NCBI GenBank assembly: GCA_045541535.1
Contig: JAZQJG010000034.1
Coordinates: 13,780-77,779, forward strand
Length of the DNA stretch: 64,000 nucleotides
Reading direction: 5' to 3'
From: Eubacteriales bacterium
GTDB taxonomy: Bacteria; Bacillota; Clostridia; Oscillospirales; QAKW01
Below the pieces are notes generated by a model. The model was not told the DNA's origin and searched no databases. It saw nothing but the letters and a program-made list of their open reading frames with translations. This document shows, in pieces, positions 54,793-63,061 of the stretch. Each line of letters begins with the position of its first letter. Within the stretch, counting starts at the first letter, position 1. A program made the position numbers and the translations under genes.

Positions 54793-55539
54793 CTATCTGT
54801 ATTTGGCGATCTCTTGCATAATAACACCGGCAGCTACCGAAGCATTTAAACAAGAAACCTTACCTTTCATCGGGATCTTCAATAAAATGTCGCACTTTTT
54901 CTTCAAAAGATTGCCGATACCGTTTCCTTCACTGCCGACGATCAGAGCAAGGGAACAATCAAATTTTTCATCAAAATAGCATTGTTTGGCGTCCATATCA
55001 CTACCGTAAATCCATACGCCCTGTTCTTTCAGCCAATCCACCGTTGCAGCAAGATTGGTTACCTTTGCAACTGCCACGTGATTCAAAGCGCCGCCACTTG
55101 CTTTTTCAACTGCGGCAGTAAGACCCACCGCACGACGTTTGGAAATAATCACGCCGTGAGCGCCAAAAGCATCTGCAGAACGGATAATGGCCCCCAGATT
55201 ATGAGGATCAGCGATCTCGTCAGCAATAATAATAAACGGCTTTTCGCCGCGTTCATTTGCAATCGCAATCATTGTTTCCGGATCGACGTATTCTTTTTGA
55301 GCCACATAGGCAATTACACCCTGAGTGTTTTCACCCGGGAACATTTGTTGCAGCTTTTGTTTGCCGGCGGTAACAACGGGAATACGTTTTTCTCTGGCAA
55401 TCGCCAAAATCTTTTTGGCGCTGCCATCCATATTTTCACTTGCAACCAAAATCTTATCAATCGTACGCTCGGAGTTCAACGCTTCAATCACGTTGTTCCG
55501 ACCAAAAATAACGTCTGTATGCGCTTGAGTTTCTCTCAT
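54793..55539 (-). CDS. rlmB: 23S rRNA (guanosine-2'-O)-methyltransferase, SpoU/TrmH family
   Basis: ORF 54793..55566. Start placed at ATG 55539 (GGAGG RBS). SpoU motifs GSEGNGI and IPMKGKVSCLNASVAAG. Confidence 0.85.
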   Translation of the reverse strand: MRETQAHTDVIFGRNNVIEALNSERTIDKILVASENMDGSAKKILAIAREKRIPVVTAGKQKLQQMFPGENTQGVIAYVAQKEYVDPETMIAIANERGEKPFIIIADEIADPHNLGAIIRSADAFGAHGVIISKRRAVGLTAAVEKASGGALNHVAVAKVTNLAATVDWLKEQGVWIYGSDMDAKQCYFDEKFDCSLALIVGSEGNGIGNLLKKKCDILLKIPMKGKVSCLNASVAAGVIMQEIAKYR

Positions 55540-55672
55540 TCGACACAACCTCCTAAATACATACAAAATTATTGTAACACAAAACTATTCAAAAGAAAAT
55601 ACTTTTGTAAAATATATTTGCTATTTTATTTATAATGTGATAACATTGTTTCAAACAAAAAAAGAGGCTAAT

Positions 55673-56287
55673 ATGAAAGAAAACTATCAAAAACAATTGG
55701 ATACTGTATTGGAAACGTTGGATTTGAACGATCCGCCCCGTTTGTTGCTTCACAGTTGTTGCGGGCCCTGCAGCAGCTACGTTTTGCAATATCTTGCGAA
55801 ATTTTTTCGCATTTCCGTATTCTTTTACAATCCTAATATTCAACCGGAATCAGAGTACTGTCTGCGGCTGGAAACACAGAAAAAGGTACTAAGCACTCTT
55901 CCCCTGCCAAATAAAGCAACACTGATTGAAGGAAACTACGACCCGCAAAGTTTTTTTGAGATCATCAAAGGATTGGAACAGGAGCCGGAGCGCGGCGCGC
56001 GATGCGCAAAATGCATTGAACAACGCATTGAAAAAACTGCCGCGTACGCCGCAGATAATGGCTTTGACTATTTTTGCACCACCCTATCCGTCAGTCCGCA
56101 CAAAGACGCAGAACTACTTCATCAATTATCATTAAAATACGCAGAAAAATACGGTGTACCGGCGCTCCCTGCGGATTTTAAAAAGAGAAACGGATACCTT
56201 GAAAGCATCCGTCTTTCAAAAGAACTGAATTTATACCGTCAAAACTACTGCGGTTGTATTTTTTCAAAACAAAAAAGCGATGATTAA
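55673..56287 (+). CDS. queH: epoxyqueuosine reductase QueH (DUF208)
   Basis: ORF 55637..56287. Start placed at ATG 55673 (AAGAGG RBS). LLLHSCCGPCSSYVL and CxxC (CAKC) motifs. Confidence 0.85.
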   Translation: MKENYQKQLDTVLETLDLNDPPRLLLHSCCGPCSSYVLQYLAKFFRISVFFYNPNIQPESEYCLRLETQKKVLSTLPLPNKATLIEGNYDPQSFFEIIKGLEQEPERGARCAKCIEQRIEKTAAYAADNGFDYFCTTLSVSPHKDAELLHQLSLKYAEKYGVPALPADFKKRNGYLESIRLSKELNLYRQNYCGCIFSKQKSDD

Positions 56288-56301
56288 TCATCGCTTTTTT
56301 T
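56271..56301. terminator. bidirectional terminator (queH / P-type ATPase)
   Basis: AAAAAA-GCGATGATTAATCATCGC-TTTTTTT. An 18-nt palindrome spans the queH stop between convergent genes. Confidence 0.8.
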
Positions 56302-56302
56302 G

Positions 56303-58918
56303 TTATTTTTTGAACATTTTGACAAGTTCAGCTAACAGCAGAGGGAGCGCACTCAAAATGATCAGCCATAGCCACAACGTTCCCGTAATCGGAGCAAGTC
56401 CAAACAAAGTGTTCACGCCGGGCACAAGAAGCACAAACAAAACCGAAGCAACAGCCAAGCACATCGCAACAAGCATAGGCACGTTGCTGAAAAAGCCGAT
56501 TTTCAGCAATGATTCCTTGCTTCGATTGGACATCGCCAAAAGCACGAGAGAAATCGCCAAAACCGCAAACGACAACGTTTGACCGGACGAAAGTGCCCCA
56601 TCCGTTGCATTTTTAACGTCAAATCCTACGCCTACGAAAAATCCAAGTACAGTGGCACAAGCGACCAAAGCGCCTTGCAACAAGCCGCCAAGCAAAATGC
56701 TTTTTGAAAGCAAACCCGACTTTTTGTTGTACGGGCGGCGTTTCATAACCTGTTTGTTCGTCTTTTCAACACCAATACCAACCAAAGGCAAGGCGTATAC
56801 CACCGCACAAAGCCATATCTGCTGTAGCGGCAAAATCGGCACACTGCTTGTAAAGAAAAGCAGTATCAACACAGATAAGACCAATCCGACGTTTACCGCA
56901 AGTAAATATTGCACGGAATTCCGCGTTTTTTCAAGGAATCCGCGCCCTTGTTGAATAGCGGAAACCAACGCAGAAAAGTTATCTTCCTCCAGCACCAAAT
57001 CCGCCGCCAACTTGTTTGCATCGGTGGCATGTGTCAATGCGCAACCAACATCGGCACACGTCATAGCAGCAAGATCATCAACGCTCTCGCCGGTAACGGT
57101 AACTACCGCTCCATTTTCTTTCAACAACGTAACAATGCGCGCCTTTTGTGCGCCTGAAATTCGAGAAAAAACACGACAGGAAGGAATCGCCCGTTCAAAC
57201 TCTTGCGCAGACATCTTTTCAATATCTTGGCCGCTCAGTGCAATCTCACCTTCATGCAAAATTCCCATATGCTCCGCCACACTCTTGGCAGTCACTGATT
57301 GATCCCCGGTAAAAATAATCGGTTTAATGCCGGCAGAATCGCAAATGCGCAAAGCATCGGCAGTTTCATCCCGTTCCGCATCCCGCAGACCGATCAAGCC
57401 AATCAACGTTAGTCCGGTTTCTATATCCTTAGCAAAGAGCTCCGGAGGAATCAACGCAATCTCTTTTACTGCCACAGCGAGGACCCGCAGACCGGCAGTG
57501 GCAAGTGCATCATCGGCTTCCTTTGCTTTTTGAATTTCTTCGGAATCATTGATACATTTATCCAAAATTGATTCGGGAGTGCCCTTTACAATCGCCAGAT
57601 TTCTACCGTCAATCACGTGAATGCTGCTTTTACATTTTCTAACAGGATCAAAGGGAATTTGACCCATACGCGGATACTGTGCATCCAGCATATTCTTTTT
57701 CATTCCAAGCTCTTCAAGCGCCAGTAATATTGCGCCCTCTGTGGCGTCACCAGCCAAAGTTCGCCCGTTATTTGTAGTTTTTACAGCGGCATCATTACAC
57801 ATACTGCCGTAAAATAACAGTTCTGCCAGCTCGCGATAGTTTTCCCTTTCAAAAGCAATTTCTTTGCCGTGAGCATAACAAGCAGAAACCGCCATACTGT
57901 TTTGCGTCAAAATTCCGGTTTTATCCACGCAAACAGTATTAGTGGCGGCAAGATGTTCGGCGGTTTTCGCCGACTGTATCCGAGCCTTACGATCAAAAAG
58001 TTTACGAAGGGCAAAGGCAAGACACAGGGATACAACACCACCCAAACCAATGGGCAACGCAGTGGCACAAAATGTCGCCGAAAATAAGAGTGTTTGTGCA
58101 AAATCGTGGCCGACAACCAAACACAAGACAAACAAAAGCACTGCAGCAAACACCACGACGGGCAACAACACTTTGCTCAACTGTTTAGCCTGCACCAACA
58201 GCGGACTCTGCTCTTGTTCCTCCAAAGATTGCAATCCAAAGGTTTTGTGAATCCGGGTTTCTTTGCCGATCCAGGTTACGATTGCCTTTGCCGATCCGGA
58301 AAGCACCACCGTGCCGGCAAACAGCATATTGACAAGATCCCGAATCTCGTGATTATCCCCCGTGATTACGGCATCATGCTTGTCCACGGGAGTGTTCTCA
58401 CTTGTCAGACGTGACTCATTTACTTTGAGAACGTTTGCCTTCACGATCCGAGCGTCAGCAGGCACAAGATCTCCCTCTTGCAAAAATATTACGTCACCGG
58501 GCACAAGTTCACAAGGTGGCACCTTTGTTTTATGACCGTCCCGCAACACATGCACAGACCGGGAAGAATATTTCAGCGAATTCAGCGTTTTCTCAACACT
58601 TCCCTCTTTCAATGAATCTGCAAAGCACTTTAACGCCGCCAACAGCATCAACACCACTGATGAAAAAATACTCATATAATTTTGTTGGACAAAAAAGATA
58701 ATCACCGAAACGATCACAGAAACTGTCAGTGCAATCATTACCGGTTCCTTCATCAACGCCAAAAAGCGCACCGAAAGAGAGGTGCGCTTTTGCGATAAAG
58801 TATAGTTTTCGCCGAAGGTCTCACGTTTGTTACGCACCTGCTGTGTGTGCAAGCCCAGCAACAAATCCGTTCCCAATTCATCGGCTACCTGACCAGCTGT
58901 AATCTGAAAATATTTCAT
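56303..58918 (-). CDS. P-type ATPase, P2-like, divergent (phospho-Asp retained; canonical ion-binding residues absent)
   Basis: 871 aa. CVDKTGILTQN, KGTPESIL and FTGDQSVTA are present. TGES reads TSEN, PEGL reads PIGL, DPPR reads DAER, GDGVND reads GESVDD, and the TM6 NLVTD block reads CAVVYA. Confidence 0.85.
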   Translation of the reverse strand: MKYFQITAGQVADELGTDLLLGLHTQQVRNKRETFGENYTLSQKRTSLSVRFLALMKEPVMIALTVSVIVSVIIFFVQQNYMSIFSSVVLMLLAALKCFADSLKEGSVEKTLNSLKYSSRSVHVLRDGHKTKVPPCELVPGDVIFLQEGDLVPADARIVKANVLKVNESRLTSENTPVDKHDAVITGDNHEIRDLVNMLFAGTVVLSGSAKAIVTWIGKETRIHKTFGLQSLEEQEQSPLLVQAKQLSKVLLPVVVFAAVLLFVLCLVVGHDFAQTLLFSATFCATALPIGLGGVVSLCLAFALRKLFDRKARIQSAKTAEHLAATNTVCVDKTGILTQNSMAVSACYAHGKEIAFERENYRELAELLFYGSMCNDAAVKTTNNGRTLAGDATEGAILLALEELGMKKNMLDAQYPRMGQIPFDPVRKCKSSIHVIDGRNLAIVKGTPESILDKCINDSEEIQKAKEADDALATAGLRVLAVAVKEIALIPPELFAKDIETGLTLIGLIGLRDAERDETADALRICDSAGIKPIIFTGDQSVTAKSVAEHMGILHEGEIALSGQDIEKMSAQEFERAIPSCRVFSRISGAQKARIVTLLKENGAVVTVTGESVDDLAAMTCADVGCALTHATDANKLAADLVLEEDNFSALVSAIQQGRGFLEKTRNSVQYLLAVNVGLVLSVLILLFFTSSVPILPLQQIWLCAVVYALPLVGIGVEKTNKQVMKRRPYNKKSGLLSKSILLGGLLQGALVACATVLGFFVGVGFDVKNATDGALSSGQTLSFAVLAISLVLLAMSNRSKESLLKIGFFSNVPMLVAMCLAVASVLFVLLVPGVNTLFGLAPITGTLWLWLIILSALPLLLAELVKMFKK

Positions 58919-58932
58919 TTTGCCTCCCGCAA

Positions 58933-59682
58933 TCAGAAAAGGTCAACAATAAAACCAATTCCAAAAATCAACACCAACACAACCGGTTGATGCAAAAGGT
59001 AAAACACAAGGGAATGCCGCCCAACGAATTCCAAAGGTTTACATCGAAAACCGTAAAACCAAGCAGGAAATCTACCTTCTTTGATCGGTCTGCCCAACAT
59101 AGCACCACAGACAAACGCAAAAAAGTACGGCAACAAAGGATAATAATCAGCGGAATAAAAATTGCGAGACGGAAATCCAAAAATCATTGTGAAATTCATC
59201 GGACTTTCAAAAAAAGGAACCTTTGCCATCCAAACGAGCTGACCCGCAAATAACGCCAAGCAAACAATTGCCACCACCGTTCCGTTACATTTGTCCAGTA
59301 ACGGTCTGACCAGTGCGTACAACAGCATGGATAGTCCAAACATATGCAAAATGCCGAAATAAATTTCAAGGCCCGTAAAGCCAACAGCCGGCAACAGCAC
59401 TGCGGTCACCAACGTTACCGTCAAAGCTGCCGCAGAAACGATCAGACCACGCTTTGCTACGCTTTTACTGAAATTAGTGCAAATCCCGCTGACCAACAGA
59501 AAAACACAAACAAAAAACAGTTGCAATACGTTAAAAAGATCAGAAGAGAAAAAAGGATGTGTTACACCACGAGTGAAGTGCAACAGTACGTAAGAGTGGT
59601 GAAAGATCATCGCAATGACCGAAGCCCCTCTTACAACGTCCAGTATGTAGACCCTTTTACTCTGCATCGTACTCAACTCCAA
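58933..59682 (-). CDS. DUF1624 / heparan-alpha-glucosaminide N-acetyltransferase-like membrane protein
   Basis: 249 aa, ~8 TM helices. N-terminus RVYILDVVRGASVIAMIFHH is typical of the DUF1624 acyltransferase-like family. Confidence 0.6.
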   Translation of the reverse strand: MELSTMQSKRVYILDVVRGASVIAMIFHHSYVLLHFTRGVTHPFFSSDLFNVLQLFFVCVFLLVSGICTNFSKSVAKRGLIVSAAALTVTLVTAVLLPAVGFTGLEIYFGILHMFGLSMLLYALVRPLLDKCNGTVVAIVCLALFAGQLVWMAKVPFFESPMNFTMIFGFPSRNFYSADYYPLLPYFFAFVCGAMLGRPIKEGRFPAWFYGFRCKPLEFVGRHSLVFYLLHQPVVLVLIFGIGFIVDLF

Positions 59683-59684
59683 AA

Positions 59685-60779
59685 CTATACGTTAAAGCGG
59701 AACAGAACGATATCGCCGTCCTGCATCACATATTCCTTACCCTCACTGCGGATCAATCCCTTATCCCGAGCGGCAGCCATAGAACCGCATTCCATTAGAT
59801 CATCATATGCAATCACTTCGGCACGAATGAATCCTCGCTCAAAATCGGTATGGATCTTACCGGCCGCCTGCGGCGCCTTGGTTCCCTTACTGATCGTCCA
59901 GGCTTTGGTTTCCATTTCTCCACTGGTGATATAGCTAATCAAATCAAGCAGTTCATAACAGGTGGAAATCAAACGGTCAAGACCACTTTGCTCCAATCCA
60001 AGCTCTGCCAAAAACAGCAATTTTTCCTCGGCAGGCAGTTCGGTAATTTCTTCTTCAATACGGGCGCAGATAGGAAGCACTTCCGCATTTTCCTTTTTAG
60101 CGCGCTCTCTCACTGCCTCCACTGCCGCATTGTCTTCAATACCGGCCTGAAAGTCTTCTTCACTCATATTAGCGGCATAAATCACGGGCTTATTGGTCAG
60201 CAGAGGAACGTTTTTCAAAATTTCCTGCTGTTCTTCGGTAAACTCCATCGTAGAGGCAAATTTTTCGGCCTCCAGCGTTTTTTTGATCTCCTGGAGGAAA
60301 TCAACCTGAGCCTTGTATTTTTTGTCACCCTTGGCCAATTTGGCACTACGATCAATCTGACGGTCAATCATTTCAAGGTCAGACAAAATCAACTCCAGAT
60401 TAATGGTATCAATATCACGAATAGGATCAATAGATCCATCCACGTGAACGATATTATCATCCTGAAAACAGCGAACCACGTGAACGATGGCGTCGACCTC
60501 TCTGATATTGCCCAAAAATTTATTACCAAGACCCTCACCTCTGGAGGCGCCCTTTACAAGACCCGCAATGTCAACGAATTCAATCACGGCAGGTACTGTC
60601 TTTTTAGAATTATTCAGTTCCGTCAACACATCCAGACGTTTATCAGGTACGCAAACCACACCCACGTTGGGGTCAATGGTGCAAAAGGGATAGTTGGCAG
60701 AAGGCGCCTTTGCATTAGTGATGGCATTAAAAAGCGTACTTTTTCCGACGTTGGGCAAGCCCACGATTCCAAGTTTCAT
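59685..60779 (-). CDS. ychF: redox-regulated ribosome-binding ATPase YchF
   Basis: 364 aa. MKLGIVGLPNVGKSTLFNA, a TGS domain and C-terminal DGDIVLFRFNV. Confidence 0.95.
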   Translation of the reverse strand: MKLGIVGLPNVGKSTLFNAITNAKAPSANYPFCTIDPNVGVVCVPDKRLDVLTELNNSKKTVPAVIEFVDIAGLVKGASRGEGLGNKFLGNIREVDAIVHVVRCFQDDNIVHVDGSIDPIRDIDTINLELILSDLEMIDRQIDRSAKLAKGDKKYKAQVDFLQEIKKTLEAEKFASTMEFTEEQQEILKNVPLLTNKPVIYAANMSEEDFQAGIEDNAAVEAVRERAKKENAEVLPICARIEEEITELPAEEKLLFLAELGLEQSGLDRLISTCYELLDLISYITSGEMETKAWTISKGTKAPQAAGKIHTDFERGFIRAEVIAYDDLMECGSMAAARDKGLIRSEGKEYVMQDGDIVLFRFNV

Positions 60780-60843
60780 TTATCTTCCTCGCTTTACGTT
60801 TATTTCTGCGAATATTATGCCATACTTTCGCCCTAAAATCAAC

Positions 60844-60878
60844 AAAAAAATGCCGCATCTCTATAATAAGATGCGGCA
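60844..60878 (-). terminator. intrinsic terminator after the Cys-rich protein gene
   Basis: TGCCGCATCT-8 nt-AGATGCGGCA followed by TTTTTTTGTTG on the minus strand. Confidence 0.8.
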
Positions 60879-60883
60879 GTTGC

Positions 60884-61678
60884 TTAGCAACCTGTTTTTT
60901 CTACGTCAATGCCGATGTCCTGAGGGAAAAATTCTCCGGTGGGAAAACTCAGCTTTTCAAAAAACGTACAAGGTTCTTCATCAGAGGGTACGTTACAGCG
61001 TTTTTCCGGCAAACAGAATTTTGCCGCCGGAAGCATAAGCTGCACATCACGCACAATACGAACGATGCTGAACAATCCCAAACTGACCAATACAAATTTT
61101 TCTCCGGTTTCACACACGTCCTGCCCAATCATCCCCAAGACGCACTCTGGCACCGTACCGATGTCTGTTTCACAACAGCAACAACAGTTGGCGTTGGCAG
61201 AAACCAATTTGCTTCCCAGCACAATAGGACTCACAACCTCCACCTGCGCCGTGGGGACGTTGAGTGTTCCGTTCTTGCCGCAGACGGCATCAGAAGTGAA
61301 AGTAATGGTATTCCCTTCACCACCGAACAAAATCACCTTTTTCTCAAAACTACAAACGCCGCTGGCATATTGAGGACGGCCGCAACCGGTATAAACCTCA
61401 AAATCTACCACGAAAAAGTAGGTAATATTCACTGAATAAAAACCTCTGTTAAAAGGCACCGGATCAAGATCAACCGCCGCGTGACAGATTTTTGCGTTCT
61501 TGGCACGAACACTGATGGCGCTATCAATTAATAATTGCACATCCGAGGCAAAGTATACTTTTAAATCCGATAAACAATCCTTATCTTTGCAGGTATCATA
61601 AATTTTCTGTATGTTTGCGCACACCTCATCCTGATAGATCTTTCCACAGCCTTCCGAAGTACCGATGTTCTGATCCAT
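60884..61678 (-). CDS. hypothetical cysteine-rich protein (19 Cys in 264 aa, includes a CCCCC run)
   Basis: ORF 60884..61696. Start placed at ATG 61678 (AGGGAGGA RBS). No signal peptide or TM helix. CCCCC is encoded at 61172-61186. The gene has its own terminator and promoter-like motifs. Confidence 0.65.
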   Translation of the reverse strand: MDQNIGTSEGCGKIYQDEVCANIQKIYDTCKDKDCLSDLKVYFASDVQLLIDSAISVRAKNAKICHAAVDLDPVPFNRGFYSVNITYFFVVDFEVYTGCGRPQYASGVCSFEKKVILFGGEGNTITFTSDAVCGKNGTLNVPTAQVEVVSPIVLGSKLVSANANCCCCCETDIGTVPECVLGMIGQDVCETGEKFVLVSLGLFSIVRIVRDVQLMLPAAKFCLPEKRCNVPSDEEPCTFFEKLSFPTGEFFPQDIGIDVEKTGC

Positions 61679-61714
61679 TATGTTCCTCCCTTTCAAAAAT
61701 TAGGATCACTGTTA

Positions 61715-61742
61715 TAGTGTATGAACACAAACTCAAAAATGT
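61715..61742 (-). promoter_or_regulatory. candidate sigma-K/sigma-E-like promoter upstream of the Cys-rich protein gene
   Basis: Minus strand: AC (61742-61741), 17-nt spacer, CATACACTA (61723-61715). Fits the Bacillus sigma-K pattern AC-16/17-CATAnnnTA and also the sigma-E -10 CATACAxT. About 37 nt upstream of ATG 61678. Confidence 0.35.
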
Positions 61743-61812
61743 TAAAAAGGATTGCAACAGGCGTAAAGTTATGATAAAATATGTAAAAAACCGAAAACTT
61801 GGAGGTATTACC

Positions 61813-62439
61813 TTGAAGCTGAAACAAATCGTTTTATTTCTTATGGTATTGGTGCTGACGTTCTCGTTGTGCGGATGCGCTAAAACCACGCCGGAAGGCA
61901 CCGTTAAATCCTTATTCTCTGCGCTCAAAGAATATGATATTGAAAAAATGACGGAAGTATTGGTAAAGTTCCCCGACGCTGAAGGGTGCAACGTGACCTA
62001 CAACCCGTTTTCCGACGTCGCCTACGTCAATTTATACAAAAAAGCTTATCCAGATCTCGCCTATGAAATCGTTTCCATCACCGAATCCGGGGAAAACAGT
62101 GCCACCGCCGTGCTAAAAGTCACCCATCCCGATCTCAAATCGGCCTACAGTACAGCCTTGTACACTTCTATGGCAATGATCTTTTCAAACGAAGAGTTGT
62201 TTAACAACATCATTGAAAACGAGGATATGGAGATCAGTAATTACGTTCCCACCCAGATGCAAAACCTCGTTGTTCAAGGAAAGGTGGAAACCATTGAAAG
62301 TGAGTTTACCCTCACCCTCACCAAAGGCGAAGACGGTTGGCGCATTGTGACCGATGATCAACTCAAAAATCTGGTTTCCTCCAATCTCTATATGATCGCC
62401 TCCGGTGCCGAAAACATTTTTGCAAACGAAGAAGAATAG
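61813..62439 (+). CDS. hypothetical lipoprotein (NTF2/DUF4878-like)
   Basis: ORF 61615..62439. Preferred start is TTG 61813, 7 nt after GGAGG, giving (M)KLKQIVLFLMVLVLTFSLCGC, a signal peptide plus lipobox. ATG 61771 is the alternative. Confidence 0.6.
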   Translation: MKLKQIVLFLMVLVLTFSLCGCAKTTPEGTVKSLFSALKEYDIEKMTEVLVKFPDAEGCNVTYNPFSDVAYVNLYKKAYPDLAYEIVSITESGENSATAVLKVTHPDLKSAYSTALYTSMAMIFSNEELFNNIIENEDMEISNYVPTQMQNLVVQGKVETIESEFTLTLTKGEDGWRIVTDDQLKNLVSSNLYMIASGAENIFANEEE

Positions 62440-62440
62440 A

Positions 62441-62470
62441 AAAAAGATCCGCTCAATGCGGATCTTTTTC
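62441..62470. terminator. bidirectional terminator (lipoprotein gene / Toprim gene)
   Basis: AAAAAGATCCGC-tcaat-GCGGATCTTTTT between convergent genes. The Toprim gene's stop codon lies in the loop. Confidence 0.8.
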
Positions 62471-63061
62471 ATTTTGAAACCTTTGCCACTGAGCAAAAAA
62501 CTGTTCTTTGGTAAACATATCACAAAGAATTTTCAAAAGCATATTTTTGTTAAGTCTACTCGGAAAACCGAGCCAGGCTTGAAACGCCCGTCGTGTCTCT
62601 TGACTTCCCTCTCCGCCAAACAATCCGCGCTCATACAGATCGACCTCTGTAATGGCGGATTTTGGGTCACGGGACGCACTTTCTATCTGCTCAAGCAAGG
62701 ACATCAGCATTTTATCCGGAATGCCCTCTACGCCGAGTTTCCCTTCGGCCCCCGCCTTTTCCTTGCGTCGTTCTTTGCCGAACACATCCGGAATGTATAA
62801 ATCATAAACCTTGCATCCGGCCAGCAAATCGTGCAGACGTTTACGAATGATAAAACCGGCACGGTCACTATCAGTTAAAATCACCGCTCCTCGTCCTTCG
62901 GCCAACGTCCGAATCGTTTGTTGTGCCTGACGGTCCTTAAAAATTCCAAAGCCTTCGGTAGATATAATCAAACCTTCCATAAGATTTTCAAGCTTAATCT
63001 TATCATACTTACCTTCAACGATCACCAGCGGTTTAATAGTTCTTTTCACGTTTACCACCAC
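62453..63061 (-). CDS. Toprim domain protein (DUF4093, RNase M5-like)
   Basis: ~200 aa. VIVEGKYDKIKL (Toprim Glu) and ILTDSDRAGFIIR (DxD). Start uncertain (GTG 63061, 63058 or 63049). Overlaps the holA 3' end. Confidence 0.7.
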   Translation of the reverse strand: MVVNVKRTIKPLVIVEGKYDKIKLENLMEGLIISTEGFGIFKDRQAQQTIRTLAEGRGAVILTDSDRAGFIIRKRLHDLLAGCKVYDLYIPDVFGKERRKEKAGAEGKLGVEGIPDKMLMSLLEQIESASRDPKSAITEVDLYERGLFGGEGSQETRRAFQAWLGFPSRLNKNMLLKILCDMFTKEQFFAQWQRFQNEKDPH

